Shown here: piece by piece, positions 11,282 to 21,617 of the stretch
Position numbering within the stretch: position 1 is the stretch's first letter
Layout of the letters: each line of letters starts with the position of its first letter
From: Alphaproteobacteria bacterium
GTDB taxonomy: Bacteria > Pseudomonadota > Alphaproteobacteria > MPNO01 > UBA830
DNA: 64,000 nucleotides
Direction: 5' to 3'
NCBI GenBank assembly: GCA_964291215.2
Contig: OZ219791.1
Coordinates: 1,152,001 to 1,216,000 of the forward strand
Program-made: the position numbers and the translations under genes
The notes under the pieces: model-generated
The model's database searches: none
What the model saw: only the letters and a program-made list of their open reading frames with translations
What the model was told of the DNA's origin: nothing

Positions 11282-12451
11282 ATGGCCGAGATCGCATCCA
11301 TCGAAACCGTGCCGGTCGAGCTTCCGACGCGGCGCGAACACAAGTGGACGGGGCTGACCGAGCCAATCGGCCGCTACGTCCTGGTCCGCGTGGCCTCGGA
11401 CGAAGGCGTCGAGGGCTGGGGCGAAGCGCCCGCGCTCAAGGACTGGGGCGGTGAGTTCGGGCGTTATTTCGGCGAGTCGCCGGCAATCACGGATGTTGTC
11501 ATTGCCAACTATCTGGCGCCGGCTGTCGCCGGGATGGAGGTCGGCAACATTGCTGAGGCCCATACCCGCATGGATGCGGTCATCAAGGGCTACCCCTATG
11601 CCAAGGCGGCTGTCGAGCTTGCGCTGTTCGATGTCGCCGCACGCACGCTCGGGGTTCCGGTGCACATGCTCCTCGGAGGCCGCGTTCGGGACCGGATTCC
11701 GGTGACCCATTCGATAGGGCTCCTCGATTTTGCCGAGGCGGAGCGAGAGTGCGTCAGGGTGGTCACCGAAGGCATCCGCACCATCAAGATCAAGGTCGGC
11801 GTGGATCCGGAACGCGATGTCGAGATGGTGCGCCGCATCCGCGAGACGGTGGGACCAGAGATCAATCTGTGTGTCGACGCGAATGAAGGATACCGGACAC
11901 CCGGAGCTGCGGTGCAGATCATTCGCAGGATGGAGCCGTACGGTTTGATCTATGTCGAGCAGCCGGTCGAGGGAATCGAGCGCACGGCCGAGGTCGCGCG
12001 CGCCATCGACGCGCCGGTGATGCTCGACGAGTCCGCCTGGAACGCGCATGACGTGCTTCGTATCATCGAGACGCAGGCGGCGGATATCGTGTCGCTCTAC
12101 ACGACCAAGCCCGGCGGCCTGCTCAAGGCGATGGAAACCGCGGCCGTGTGCCGGGCAGCTGGCATCGTCTGCAACGTCAACGGCTCGGTCGAGACCGGGG
12201 TCGGTAATCTCGCCAACCTGCAGCTTGCGGCGGCGGCGGCGGCGGCGGAGTTGTCCTGCGTGGTGCCGGTCTCGACGCCGGCGGAGGCCCGCGGAGACCG
12301 GATCGCGGGAATCTACTACCGCGACGATTTCCTGGCCGAACCGATGCATCTCGTCGACGGTGCGATACGGCTTCCGGAGGGGCCGGGCATGGGCATCGAG
12401 GTCGATCCGGAGAAGGTCGCGGCCTATCGGCTGGATTCCTGCGATGGCTGA
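11282..12451 (+). CDS. Mandelate racemase/muconate lactonizing enzyme (enolase superfamily)
   Basis: GWGE, KIK, DANE, EQP, DES, PEGPGMGIEVD; AGGAG RBS. Confidence 0.9.
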   Translation: MAEIASIETVPVELPTRREHKWTGLTEPIGRYVLVRVASDEGVEGWGEAPALKDWGGEFGRYFGESPAITDVVIANYLAPAVAGMEVGNIAEAHTRMDAVIKGYPYAKAAVELALFDVAARTLGVPVHMLLGGRVRDRIPVTHSIGLLDFAEAERECVRVVTEGIRTIKIKVGVDPERDVEMVRRIRETVGPEINLCVDANEGYRTPGAAVQIIRRMEPYGLIYVEQPVEGIERTAEVARAIDAPVMLDESAWNAHDVLRIIETQAADIVSLYTTKPGGLLKAMETAAVCRAAGIVCNVNGSVETGVGNLANLQLAAAAAAAELSCVVPVSTPAEARGDRIAGIYYRDDFLAEPMHLVDGAIRLPEGPGMGIEVDPEKVAAYRLDSCDG

Positions 12452-12463
12452 GGGAGAGCGGCG

Positions 12464-13597
12464 TTGCGCGCCGAGGTGATCGACCGCCTGGTCCGGGAAA
12501 TGCGCGCCCGGGGCCATGATGCCGAGATCATGTGCTCGCCGGAGAACTTCGCCTACGTTACCGGTTTCGTGGTTCCGTCGCAGCCGCTGCTGCGCCACCG
12601 CCATGCCATGGCGGTGGTCACTGCCGACGGTGAGGTGTCGCTGTGCGGGGTCGACATGGAGGCGACGACGATCAGCACCCACGCTCCCGACGCGTCGCTC
12701 AGGGTCTGGGCCGAGTTCGCCGACGACCCGATGGAGGTCCTGGGTTCGATGTTGTCCGATCTTGGGCTCGCCGGTTCGGAGGCAGGCATCGAGACGGGGT
12801 ATCTTCCGGCGGCGGACTTCGGACGGCTGAAGCGGCTGCTGCCCGGTGTCCGCTTCGTCGCCAACGATGACATCCTCGCGCGGCAGCGCCAGATAAAGAC
12901 AGCGGACGAGATCGCGCTGTTGCGGCGGCTGTCGCGGATTGCCGACGAGGCGATCGTCGGCGCGCTCGGATCGGTGCGGCGCGGCGACAGCGAGATGGAC
13001 GTTGCCGGCCATCTGACCGGTGGAATCTACGAACTTGGCGCGCACGATTTCAGGCTGATGATCGTTGCCACCGGGGAGCGCAGCCAGCTTCCCAATGTCG
13101 GTCCCAGCATGCGCCGCCTCGAGAGCGGAGACGTCTGCAGGGTCGAGATCTTCGCCATCATCGACGGCTATCATGCCGGGGTCTGCCGCACGGCGTGCGT
13201 CGACGCGCCGCCGCCCCATGCGGCGGACATCTGGCAGGTGCTGGTCGAATGCAAGCACCTTCTTCTCGACCGAATCCGCCCGGGGGCGAGCTGCCGCGAT
13301 ATCTATCGTGCGTTCGCCTCGCAGCTGGCCCGCTACAACCTGCCGCCGATCTCGTTCGCCGGGCACGGGATCGGGCTGTTCCTGCACGAAGATCCCTATA
13401 TTGGCGATACGCCGGTCATCGGTTCGAAGGAAGACGCGTTCCTCGAGGCGGGAATGGTTTTCGGGGTCGAGCCGCTCTGCTACTGCACCGGGCACGGATT
13501 CGGGATGCAGAACAAGGACATGGTTCTGGTCACGGAGAACGGATGCGAACTGCTTTCGGACCGGGCGGACACGGACAGTCTGATGCTGATTCGGTGA
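12464..13597 (+). CDS. M24 (pita-bread fold) Xaa-Pro peptidase/creatinase-like hydrolase
   Basis: Creatinase-type N-domain (ENFAYVTG), IKTADEI, GHGIGLFLHE, VEP; TTG start. Confidence 0.85.
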   Translation: MRAEVIDRLVREMRARGHDAEIMCSPENFAYVTGFVVPSQPLLRHRHAMAVVTADGEVSLCGVDMEATTISTHAPDASLRVWAEFADDPMEVLGSMLSDLGLAGSEAGIETGYLPAADFGRLKRLLPGVRFVANDDILARQRQIKTADEIALLRRLSRIADEAIVGALGSVRRGDSEMDVAGHLTGGIYELGAHDFRLMIVATGERSQLPNVGPSMRRLESGDVCRVEIFAIIDGYHAGVCRTACVDAPPPHAADIWQVLVECKHLLLDRIRPGASCRDIYRAFASQLARYNLPPISFAGHGIGLFLHEDPYIGDTPVIGSKEDAFLEAGMVFGVEPLCYCTGHGFGMQNKDMVLVTENGCELLSDRADTDSLMLIR

Positions 13598-13788
13598 CGC
13601 CCGGGCTAGGCCCGGACTCGGCGCGGCCGCCGCAGGGCCTGCGGACGCCAGCACCAAGTCCCGTTCGGGCTGATGCTCCCGATCCGGGTGTCACCGTGTG
13701 CGGCGGGTTTCGAGGGGAAGCGTAACCGGCGCCAGGATCCTATCCTGTGGCGTCAAGCGTGAAGGCTGCGGGGCCGCTGCCCCCGGGT

Positions 13789-14445
13789 TCAGTGCGGCGT
13801 CTGGGTCAGCGCCATGACGATCGAACGTTCGATCTCGACAATGGCGCTTCCGACCTCGCGGCCGATCAGGTCCATTTGGCGCAACTGCGCGATCCGGGTT
13901 GCGGCCCGCTCGAGTTCCCTGGGGGCGAAGATGTCGCCGAGAATGTCGCAGGCATCCGCCAAGCAGATCATGGCCGCGTCCCTCGGATCCGGTATGTCGT
14001 CGGACAGGAGCACATCGGTCAGGCGCAGCTTTGCCTCCCGCTGGGCGCGGCCGTCAATGATCGGATACTTGCGTTCCCTGAACACCCAGAGGAATTTCTG
14101 ATCCTGCACTTCGAGAACGCCGTGTTCGACGAGGCTGGCGAGCGCCAAGTCGCGAAGGTCCGACGCGCCCTGTCGCGCCAGCAGTTCTATCCAGCCTGCG
14201 GTGTCCCTGGTTTCCTCGCTCTCGGTGATGCGGTCGAGGGTGCGGTCGAGAATCGCATTTCCCGTCGGGGTGCGGTTCAGGACGATCAGGCGTTCGGGAT
14301 CGGTATCGATCCGGTTCTTGAACGCGAGGTCCATCAAGGTTGAGCCGGCGACGATGAACGCCGTGGTGCTCTCGCGGAGTGGAAGGAACGAGCCGTCCTC
14401 GTCGTCGAGCATGAGGAGGAGGATTTCTTCGGTGATTGTCAGCAT
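13789..14445 (-). CDS. GPP34/GOLPH3 (Vps74) family protein
   Basis: LTITEEILLLMLDD, AGSTLMDLAFKNRI, PTGNAILD, LVEHGVL..KFLWVF..YP. Confidence 0.85.
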   Translation of the reverse strand: MLTITEEILLLMLDDEDGSFLPLRESTTAFIVAGSTLMDLAFKNRIDTDPERLIVLNRTPTGNAILDRTLDRITESEETRDTAGWIELLARQGASDLRDLALASLVEHGVLEVQDQKFLWVFRERKYPIIDGRAQREAKLRLTDVLLSDDIPDPRDAAMICLADACDILGDIFAPRELERAATRIAQLRQMDLIGREVGSAIVEIERSIVMALTQTPH

Positions 14446-14460
14446 GACAGTTCCAGTCGG

Positions 14461-14796
14461 TCAGGAAGCCGCGGCCAGCGCGGAATCGCGCGTATCGTAG
14501 CAATCGAGGATCTGCATGAAGCCGCTGATCTCGAATACCGACTTGCACTCGGGCTGCAGCGAGCAGAGTGTCAGCTTGCCGTTGCGCTGCTGACAGCTCT
14601 TGGCGCCAACTATGACTGCGCGGAGGCCGGCGCTGCTGATATATTCCATCTTCTCGCAGTCGAGGACCAGCTGCACCTCCCCGCGTTCGATGATTTCCTT
14701 GACCTTGCTCTCGAGGTCCGGCGCGCTGAAGCCGTCAAGCCGCCCCGCAATTCCGACAACGGTAACGGATCCGGCGGTCTCTTCTTCAAGTCTCAT
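14461..14796 (-). CDS. STAS-domain anti-sigma factor antagonist
   Basis: GRLD, LVLDCEKMEYISSAGLR, VFEISGF. Confidence 0.92.
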   Translation of the reverse strand: MRLEEETAGSVTVVGIAGRLDGFSAPDLESKVKEIIERGEVQLVLDCEKMEYISSAGLRAVIVGAKSCQQRNGKLTLCSLQPECKSVFEISGFMQILDCYDTRDSALAAAS

Positions 14797-15268
14797 TGTC
14801 CGATCACTTTCCGTGTTTTCGCTAGGTTCTCCTGAACAGCATGATTGCTCCTGCTGGTCAGCCTAGTTCAAGCGCATATCTGGCGCAAGCCGGAATCGCG
14901 AACAAAATCAGGGTCTCTCCCATCCGGTTCGGTCCGATGCGGCCGTGACGCTCCGGTTTGCGGTTTCTCCCCCGGGTGTGCGGGCGCCCCTTGCAGCGGT
15001 CCGTCGGTGCCGGTGCGGGTTTTTCACGATACGGGCAGAGCGCCAAGAGCCCCCCGATGTCTGGATCGGACTGATGGCGGTGCTCGCGGCGATCATGGCG
15101 GTGGAGGCGCAGTGATGGTGAACGGCACCGTCCCTGCGCCAGCAGTTCGACACCTTCCGGAAGCGGTTCCACGATCTCCGCAAGCAGGACGATTACGCAA
15201 CCTGATGTCTGGAAATTGTCGTGAAGCTGATCGAGCTGTTCCCATTTGATGTATGCCTTGGTTTCGGT

Positions 15269-16755
15269 GTAACTGCTCACCCCCTGGTTCCGGCTTGATG
15301 TCGGGGTAGAGCAACAAACGGGTTTTCGTGGAGATTTGACACTGCATGCCGATTCGCTTAGTGGTGGTCATCGAGAACGACGGGGACCGCCAGTGGGCTA
15401 CTTTGGATCGAAGGCGACGAGCGGGCTGTGCCAGCTGCTTCCGGGGCTCCAGCCCCCGCATGATCTGTATGTGAAAACGCATCTCGGAAGCGACGCGCTG
15501 ATGAAGCGCAAGGTCGGGTGATGGCGACGGGCGGCGCGCGAGGAGTTCGAAGCGGCCAAGGCGCTGCGTGCGGCCGGCAAGGTGCCGAAAGAGGCCGTGA
15601 TCCGCGTCCTCGTCATCCTGCTCGACATCCTCATCGTCGTCCTTCTGGAGAAGACCACGCACGAGCCGGAACTCCGGTCTGCCGCCGTCACAGACGGACA
15701 AGAGCGTGCCGGGAGCAACGGCCCGAAGCCGAACCGGCAGATGGGCGACAACCTGCGCAAGACCATCGTCGAGGAAACGGTCGCGGCCTGCGACGCCTGC
15801 GGCGCTGACGGCCCCGTCGATCGGGAGCGCCGCACGACATCGTGTTCGAGGTCGTCGAGCGCCGCGCCGAGATCAAGGAATGCCCGAAGTGCAAGGCCCG
15901 GTTCCCCGACAACATCCCGTGCAGTACGGCATCGGCATTCAGGCCCTCGTCATCAACCTGCTGGTCGCCCAGATGCTGTCCCTGCGCCGTGCCGTCGCGT
16001 TCGTGCAGGCGATCTCCGGCATCAAGCTCTCCGAGGCAACCTGCCTCAGCTATGCTTTCACGATGCGTCATGGGAGGAGGCCGCCGTGGCGCACCTCCTG
16101 CAACGCCCGATGTCGACGATTTCGGATCAACAGTAAGTGGCTTCATGTCGTGGGACCCTGACGTGCAAGTTCCCGCACCGCAAGCGCGGGCAAGAGATCG
16201 GCCCGTGCTACAAGGGCGTCCAGGGCCTCGTACATGGGCCAGTGTAGCCACCAGCTGTGCGGTAGCCACCTGCTGCGCGAACTGACCTTTGTCGTCGAGG
16301 CTACCGCGCGACTGATGAAGAGTCTGCTCCGCGAGGTCTGCCACAAGGTCAACAAGAGCGCATCCAAAACCCTGAACGACGCCGGGCGCAAGCGCTACCG
16401 CACCATCAGGGCGCCAGGGAACTGCCCGACATCCCGACGAAAGGAAAACGCATCGCAAACGCGCACAACCTGCACGAACGTCTCGTGAAACACGAAAACC
16501 TGCGCTTCACAGACGACCCCAACGTCAGCTTCACCAACAATGCCGGAGAACAGAAGATCAGGATGGCAAAGGTCAAGGTGTCCGGATGCTTCCGCTCCAC
16601 GCAAAAGCATGGTGCCGGGTCTCAAGCTACCTCACCTCCATGGCCGCACTCGGCTACAACTCACTCGTCGCCACCCAGATCGCCCTCGACGGAAAAGCCG
16701 CAGACATCATCAACGAGCACTATGAATCAGAACCCAACAAGGGGTGAGTAGATAC
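15269..16755 (+). mobile_element. IS66-family element copy A (decayed; methylase remnant plus transposase pseudogene)
   Basis: TIRs GTAACTGCTCACCCC / GGGGTGAGTAGATAC; 8-bp TSD GTTTCGGT; HQLCGSHLLREL and FTNNAGEQKIRMAKVK.SGCFRS motifs. Confidence 0.93.
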
Positions 16756-17732
16756 GTTTCGGTTTCCCATTTTTCGTCGATGAGGACCGCGGTTGAGAGG
16801 CGCTCCAACGAGGCAAGGTTCGGAAAGACCCTGACTTTTAAGGTGCGCCGCTTGAGCTCTTGCTGGATCGGTCGCTCGATGCCGTTCGAGGTTCGCATGC
16901 GCTTGCGGTGAGCATCGGGCAAGGTGAAGACAGCGAGCCCCGCATTGTTTTCCAGCCAGGAAGCCTGGATGCTTGTCGCTGGCCACGAGGGCGCCCAGTT
17001 CAGCCTCGGCGGTTTGGAGTGAGGAGGCGTGGCTCCGAGCTGTTTTCCAATACGTTTCCTGATGTCATTGTTCGGTGCACGGCGTTTTGCGCCAAGTGGA
17101 ACTGGCAGCGCTGCCACGTCGCCGCGCCCAGCACCGTGCCGCTTTCAGCCCGGCATCCGAGACGATGAAGGTCGTACCATGTGCAGGGCCTGCAAGCTTT
17201 CCAGGAAGGCTCTCCAATGGACCTCGGCCTCGGAGAGCGCCACAGAGAGCCCCAGAACGTGCCTGCAGCCCCTATTCCGATGGCCGAGAGCACTGCAACA
17301 TCGCGCACAACGCCGTCATGGCGGGCTTTTTCGTAGCGCGCATCCAGGATCAGGTATTTCATCAGGGGCCGGTTGCGCGGTGAGTTCTTCGTCGAGCAAC
17401 CTGGTGGCCCCCTGAGAAGAGGACAGGCTCCCGAACTCGCGCATTACATCCTGCCGTGTGGAAACACCCTTGATGTACATCTCGGCTACGGCGCGAGAAG
17501 ATCGCTGGCCGCGTTCAAGCGACTGGGGACGGATCGTCCCCGTGACCGGCCGTCTTTGGCACTTGAACGGTAACAGGGGGGTGTCGATCCGCTTGTAGCC
17601 GTTGGCATAGCCCTGTCGCTCCGGCGTCCGGTGGCCCGCTTTCAAGTACTGCTCGCGCTCGATTTGCATCGCAAGCTCGAAGAGCTGGCCAAAGACCCGC
17701 CCCAGATCCGTTGCTCCGTTTGCGATCAAATG

Positions 17733-19207
17733 GTAACTGCTCACCCCCTGGTTCCGGCTTGATGTCGGGGTAGAGTAACGAACGGGTTTTCGTGGAGATT
17801 TGACACTGCATGCCGATTCGCTTAGTGGTGGTCATCGAGAACGACGGGGACCGCCAGTGGGCTACTTTGGATCGAAGGCGACGAGCGGGCTGTGCCAGCT
17901 GCTTCCGGGGCTCCAGCCTCCGCATGATCTGTATGTGGAAACGCATCTCGGAGGCGGCGCGCTGATGAAGCGCAAGGCCGGGTGATGGCGACGGTCAACG
18001 CGGCGCGCGAGGAGTTCGAAGCGGCCAAGACTGCGGCGCTGCCGGCAAGGTGCCGAAAGAGGCCGTGATCCGCGTCTTCGTCATCCTGCTCGACATCATC
18101 ATCGTCGTCCTTCTGGAGAAGACCACGCACGAGCCGGAACTCCGGTCTGCCGCCGTCACAGACGGACAAGAGCGTGCCGGGAGCAACGGCCCGAAGCCGA
18201 ACCGGCAGATGGGCGACAACCTGCGCAAGACCATCGTCGAGGAAACGGTCGCGGCCTGCGACGCCTGCGGCGCCGACGGCCCCGTCGATCGGGAGCGCCG
18301 CACGACATCGTGTTCGAGGTCGTCGAGCGCCGCGCCGAGGAATGTCCGAAGTGCAAGGCCCGGGGCCGGTTCCCCGACAACATCCCGTGCAGTACGGCAT
18401 CGGCATTCAGGTCCTCGTCATCAACCTGCTGGTCGCCCAGATGCTGTCCCTGCGCCGTCGCGCTCGTGCAGGCGATATCAAGCTCTCCGAGGCCTCGGCT
18501 ATGCTTTCACGATGCGTCATGGGAGGAGGCCGCCGTGGCGCACCTCCTGCAACGCCCGATGTCGATGATTTCGGATCAACAGCAAGTGGTTTCATGTCGT
18601 CGGGACGTGCAAGTTCCCGCACCGCAAGCGCGGGCAAGAGATCGGCCCGTGCTACAAGGGCGTCCTGGGCCTCGTACATGGGCCAGTGTAGCCACCAGCT
18701 GTGCGGCAGCCACCTGCTGCGCGAACTGACCTTTGTCGTCGAGGCTACCGCGCGACTGATGAAGAGCCTGCTCCCTGCCACAAGGTCAACAAGAGCGCAT
18801 CCAAGACCCTGAACGACGCCGGGCGCAAGCGCTACCGCACCATCAGGGCGCCAGGGAACTGCCCGACATCCCGCCGAAAGGAAAACGTGGACGCAAGTCC
18901 GACGCGCACAACCTGCACGAACGTCTCGTGAAACACGAGAAGTCCGTCCTGCGCTTCACAGACGACCCCAACGTCAGCTTCACCAACAATGCCGGAGAAC
19001 AGAAAATCAGGATGGCAAAGCTCAAGGTGTCCGGATGCTTCCGCTCCACGCAAAAGCATGGTGCCGGGGCTCGAGCTACCTCACCTCCATGGCCGCACTC
19101 GGCTACAACCCACTCGTCGCCACCCAGATCGCCCTCGACGGAAAAGCCGCAGACATCATCAACGAGCACTATGGCCAATCAGAACCCAACAAGGGGTGAG
19201 TAGATAC
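17733..19207 (+). mobile_element. IS66-family element copy B (decayed)
   Basis: Same TIRs; 8-bp TSD ATCAAATG (17725-17732 / 19208-19215). Confidence 0.93.
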
Positions 19208-20123
19208 ATCAAATGTTCCAAAACAGTCCCGATCGTCGTAGTGTGTCGCAGGTCCATTCGCTTCCTCCATGAAGGTTTTGCAACTCCATGGGATAGTACG
19301 ATGGCGCCGCGTTTCACTGGGGGGGCTAGCCCCCCAGTAAAACGCCTCAAAGCGCAAACCTCAGACAAATTTCCAGACATCAAGTTATAGTACCAGCAGG
19401 GGACAAGGTCAGCCCGGAGTGCGAGACGGTCGTCAGTGGTCTGCTGATGAACTTGATGCTGACCGTGCTCATGGAGAAGGCCACGCGCAAGACCAGCGCC
19501 AGCCTCCCGCCGCCGCAGACGGACAAGGACGAGACCCTCCCCCCGGCGTGCCGGCGGCAGCGGCCCGAAGCCGAACCTGCAGACGGGCGACAACTTCCGG
19601 AAGACCGTCGTCGAGGAGACGGTCGCCGTCGAGGCCTGCGGCGCCGACCTCTCCGGCCTCGAGGCCGTCGCACGGGAGCGCCGCATCCTCTACGACATCG
19701 TCTTGGAGGTCTTCAAGCGCCGCGTCGACGCCGAGGTCAAGAAATGCCCGGATTGCCGGAGCCGGTCCCCCGAGACCATGCCCAGGCCGCGACAATACGG
19801 CAGCGGTCTGCAGGCCTTCGTCATCAACCTGCTGGTTGCCCAAATCCGGTCCCTGCGCCGGGCCGTCGCGCTGGTGCAGGCGATCTCCGGGCTCAGGCTC
19901 TCCGAGGCCACCTGCCCCCGCTACGTCAGCCGCCGTCACGGCCGCCGCTGCCCCGTTTTCGTTCAGGTCGCCGCACAAATTTCGGGCATGTTGCCTGAAT
20001 TCAGATCGTCCGCAGCGACGGTTACGCAACGCGCCGAACCCTCCATCCGGTCCTGTCCGCATTCGCTCGGTGAATGCGGACAGGCGGCTCGATGCGGAAT
20101 GCGTGGCACCCCGAGCCGCCGGA

Positions 20124-20468
20124 TCACTCCGCAGGCGCGGTTTCGGGGGCGTTGCGTCCGAGGATGTATGCTTCGACGAAGTCGAGCTTTCCCTTGATCT
20201 CCGCCTGGCCGGTCTCAAGCGCCCGCAGCCGGTTGTCGATTCCGTCGATACGCTTGTTGGTGTCGTCGATGCGTTTGACGAGCGCGGCGCCGGTGTCGTC
20301 GATGCGCCTGTTGGTGTCGTCGATACGCTTGTTGGTGTCGTCGATGCGCTTGCCGAGCCGGTCTTCGAGCCGCAGCATGCTGCGCCACATGAGACCGAGA
20401 ACGGTTAGCAGGACGACCGGTGTCAGCCAAGGAGAAATCTGGGCGGCGAACTGCGGTGTCTGGTCCAT
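20124..20468 (-). CDS. Small membrane-anchored coiled-coil protein with RIDDTNK heptad repeats
   Basis: N-terminal hydrophobic stretch, then 4-5 (K/R)RIDDT(N/G) units. Confidence 0.7.
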   Translation of the reverse strand: MDQTPQFAAQISPWLTPVVLLTVLGLMWRSMLRLEDRLGKRIDDTNKRIDDTNRRIDDTGAALVKRIDDTNKRIDGIDNRLRALETGQAEIKGKLDFVEAYILGRNAPETAPAE

Positions 20469-20752
20469 GCCGGCAATATGACACGGCGTGGCATCGAAAG
20501 CGAGAGTTTTTCGGTCCGGCTGGCGTCAGCCAGTGTTACAGCCGCGCCCGACGCGAACGGAAGCCCGCTACGTGCGGACGGTATCCCCGATTGGAGAGAG
20601 CATCGGCGGTTTGGTACTATCGGTCCTGGAATGCGGCCGTATATTGATCACGTGGTTGCCGTGAACCGACCCGGTGTCGAGAGTTGCGCACGGCCGGCGG
20701 TACGTTCTACGATTCCGCAACCTCCGGCAGTTTGCGAGAGCCCCGGCAGACA

Positions 20753-20973
20753 ATGGCGAGAGACATAGTCGTAAAGGTTCTGGGCAGGATCTTGCCACCA
20801 GATTTCCAGTTTCTGGATTTGCCGCGAAAACACCGAAACATTACCTTCGCCTTCGATCGTGATTTACGGGACCATGACTGGCTGCTCGTCCATGATGATC
20901 TGCTTCCGATAAGCGAGGAACGACTCGGCTGCGCCCGTGAGCGAACGATCCTGCTGACATACGAACCCAGTTC
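20753..20973 (+). pseudogene. Glycosyltransferase family 10 (fucosyltransferase-like) N-terminus truncated by IS66
   Basis: FAFDRDLRDHDWLLVHDDL..ERLGCARERTILLTYEPSS resembles the GT10 N-region; cut at the IS66 end at 20974. Confidence 0.55.
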
Positions 20974-21231
20974 GTATCTGCTCACCCCTCCGTAGAGGCG
21001 GGTTTGGCGTTGTGCATTTTGATCATGTCGGTGGCGTTTCCGGCGAGTGCGATCTGGATGGCGACGAGTGGGTTGTAGCCGAGTGCGGTCATGGAGGTGA
21101 GATAGCTTGAGATTCGGCACCAGGCCTCGGCGTGGAGCGGAGTTCGGAAGCATCCGGACACCTTGATCTTGACCTTTGCCATCCGGATTTCCTGCTTGCC
21201 GGGGTTGTTGTCGCTCATGAAGCGCAGGACG
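20974..21231 (-). mobile_element. IS66-family right-end fragment (third lineage)
   Basis: GTATCTGCTCACCCC end; IRMAKVKIKVSGCFRTPLHAEAWCRISSYL transposase C-terminus. Confidence 0.85.
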
Positions 21232-21617
21232 TGTTGTCGGTTGGATAAAACGGCGGGATTTCGGCGATTCGCCGCGCTTTTCAGGATCGTGTTTCTTTGC
21301 TGTTGTCAGGTCCTGTTGTCGCGGTTTCAGTGTTTGTCTGTTTGTCTCTGTGAACCCCGCCCGTTTTCTTCCCTGTTGTCGTTTCGGTCCGGTTCCGGTT
21401 TTTCTGCCGGCATGTGATCCGGGCTCCTGAGGGTTGTCGGGAGGATTCTGGTGTTCCGCGGGATCGTCTGCCTTCCCTCAGGACCATCGTCCTCGTAGGA
21501 CCACGACGAGGCCGGAGAACGTCAGGTCGAAACCCTGCGCACAAGGCTGAAGGTCCCCCCTTGCCCTTGAGTACCCCCTTGGGTGGCCCCTTGTGGGGTC
21601 AGGGTGGTCCGGTATCG
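21232..21617. mobile_element. Terminal fragment of a TG-ended element (IS21-like)
   Basis: Starts TGTTGTCGG exactly where IS66 homology stops; TGTTGTC recurs at ~21301, 21314 and 21374. Confidence 0.4.

Larger units (their letters stand above)
15191..19394 (-). mobile_element. IS256-family element copy 1 (pseudogene), interrupted by two IS66 copies
   Basis: WQRCQFHLAQNA, RTSNGIER, LDARYEK motifs; ends GATTACGCAACCTGATG / CATCAAGTTATAGTACC; flanks AGCAGGAC / AGCAGGGGAC (imperfect TSD). Confidence 0.9.
15075..19940 (+). mobile_element. Older, divergent IS66-family element split by IS256 (pieces ~15075-15190 and ~19395-19940; outer ends unclear)
   Basis: Left piece encodes AVLAAIMAVEAQ* then ..HDLRKQD; right piece continues DKVSPECETVV..LMEKATRKTS..QTDKDET, EVKKCPDC, QAISGLRLSEATC; homologous to the other IS66 copies. 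Confidence 0.7.

Noticed and set aside
15393-16750. Programmed frameshifting to make an active IS66 transposase
   Set aside because: Too many frameshifts, they differ between copies, and conserved residues are deleted.
20230-20352. Tandem 21-bp repeats as a CRISPR array
   Set aside because: No unique spacers, in-frame coding heptads, and no cas genes.
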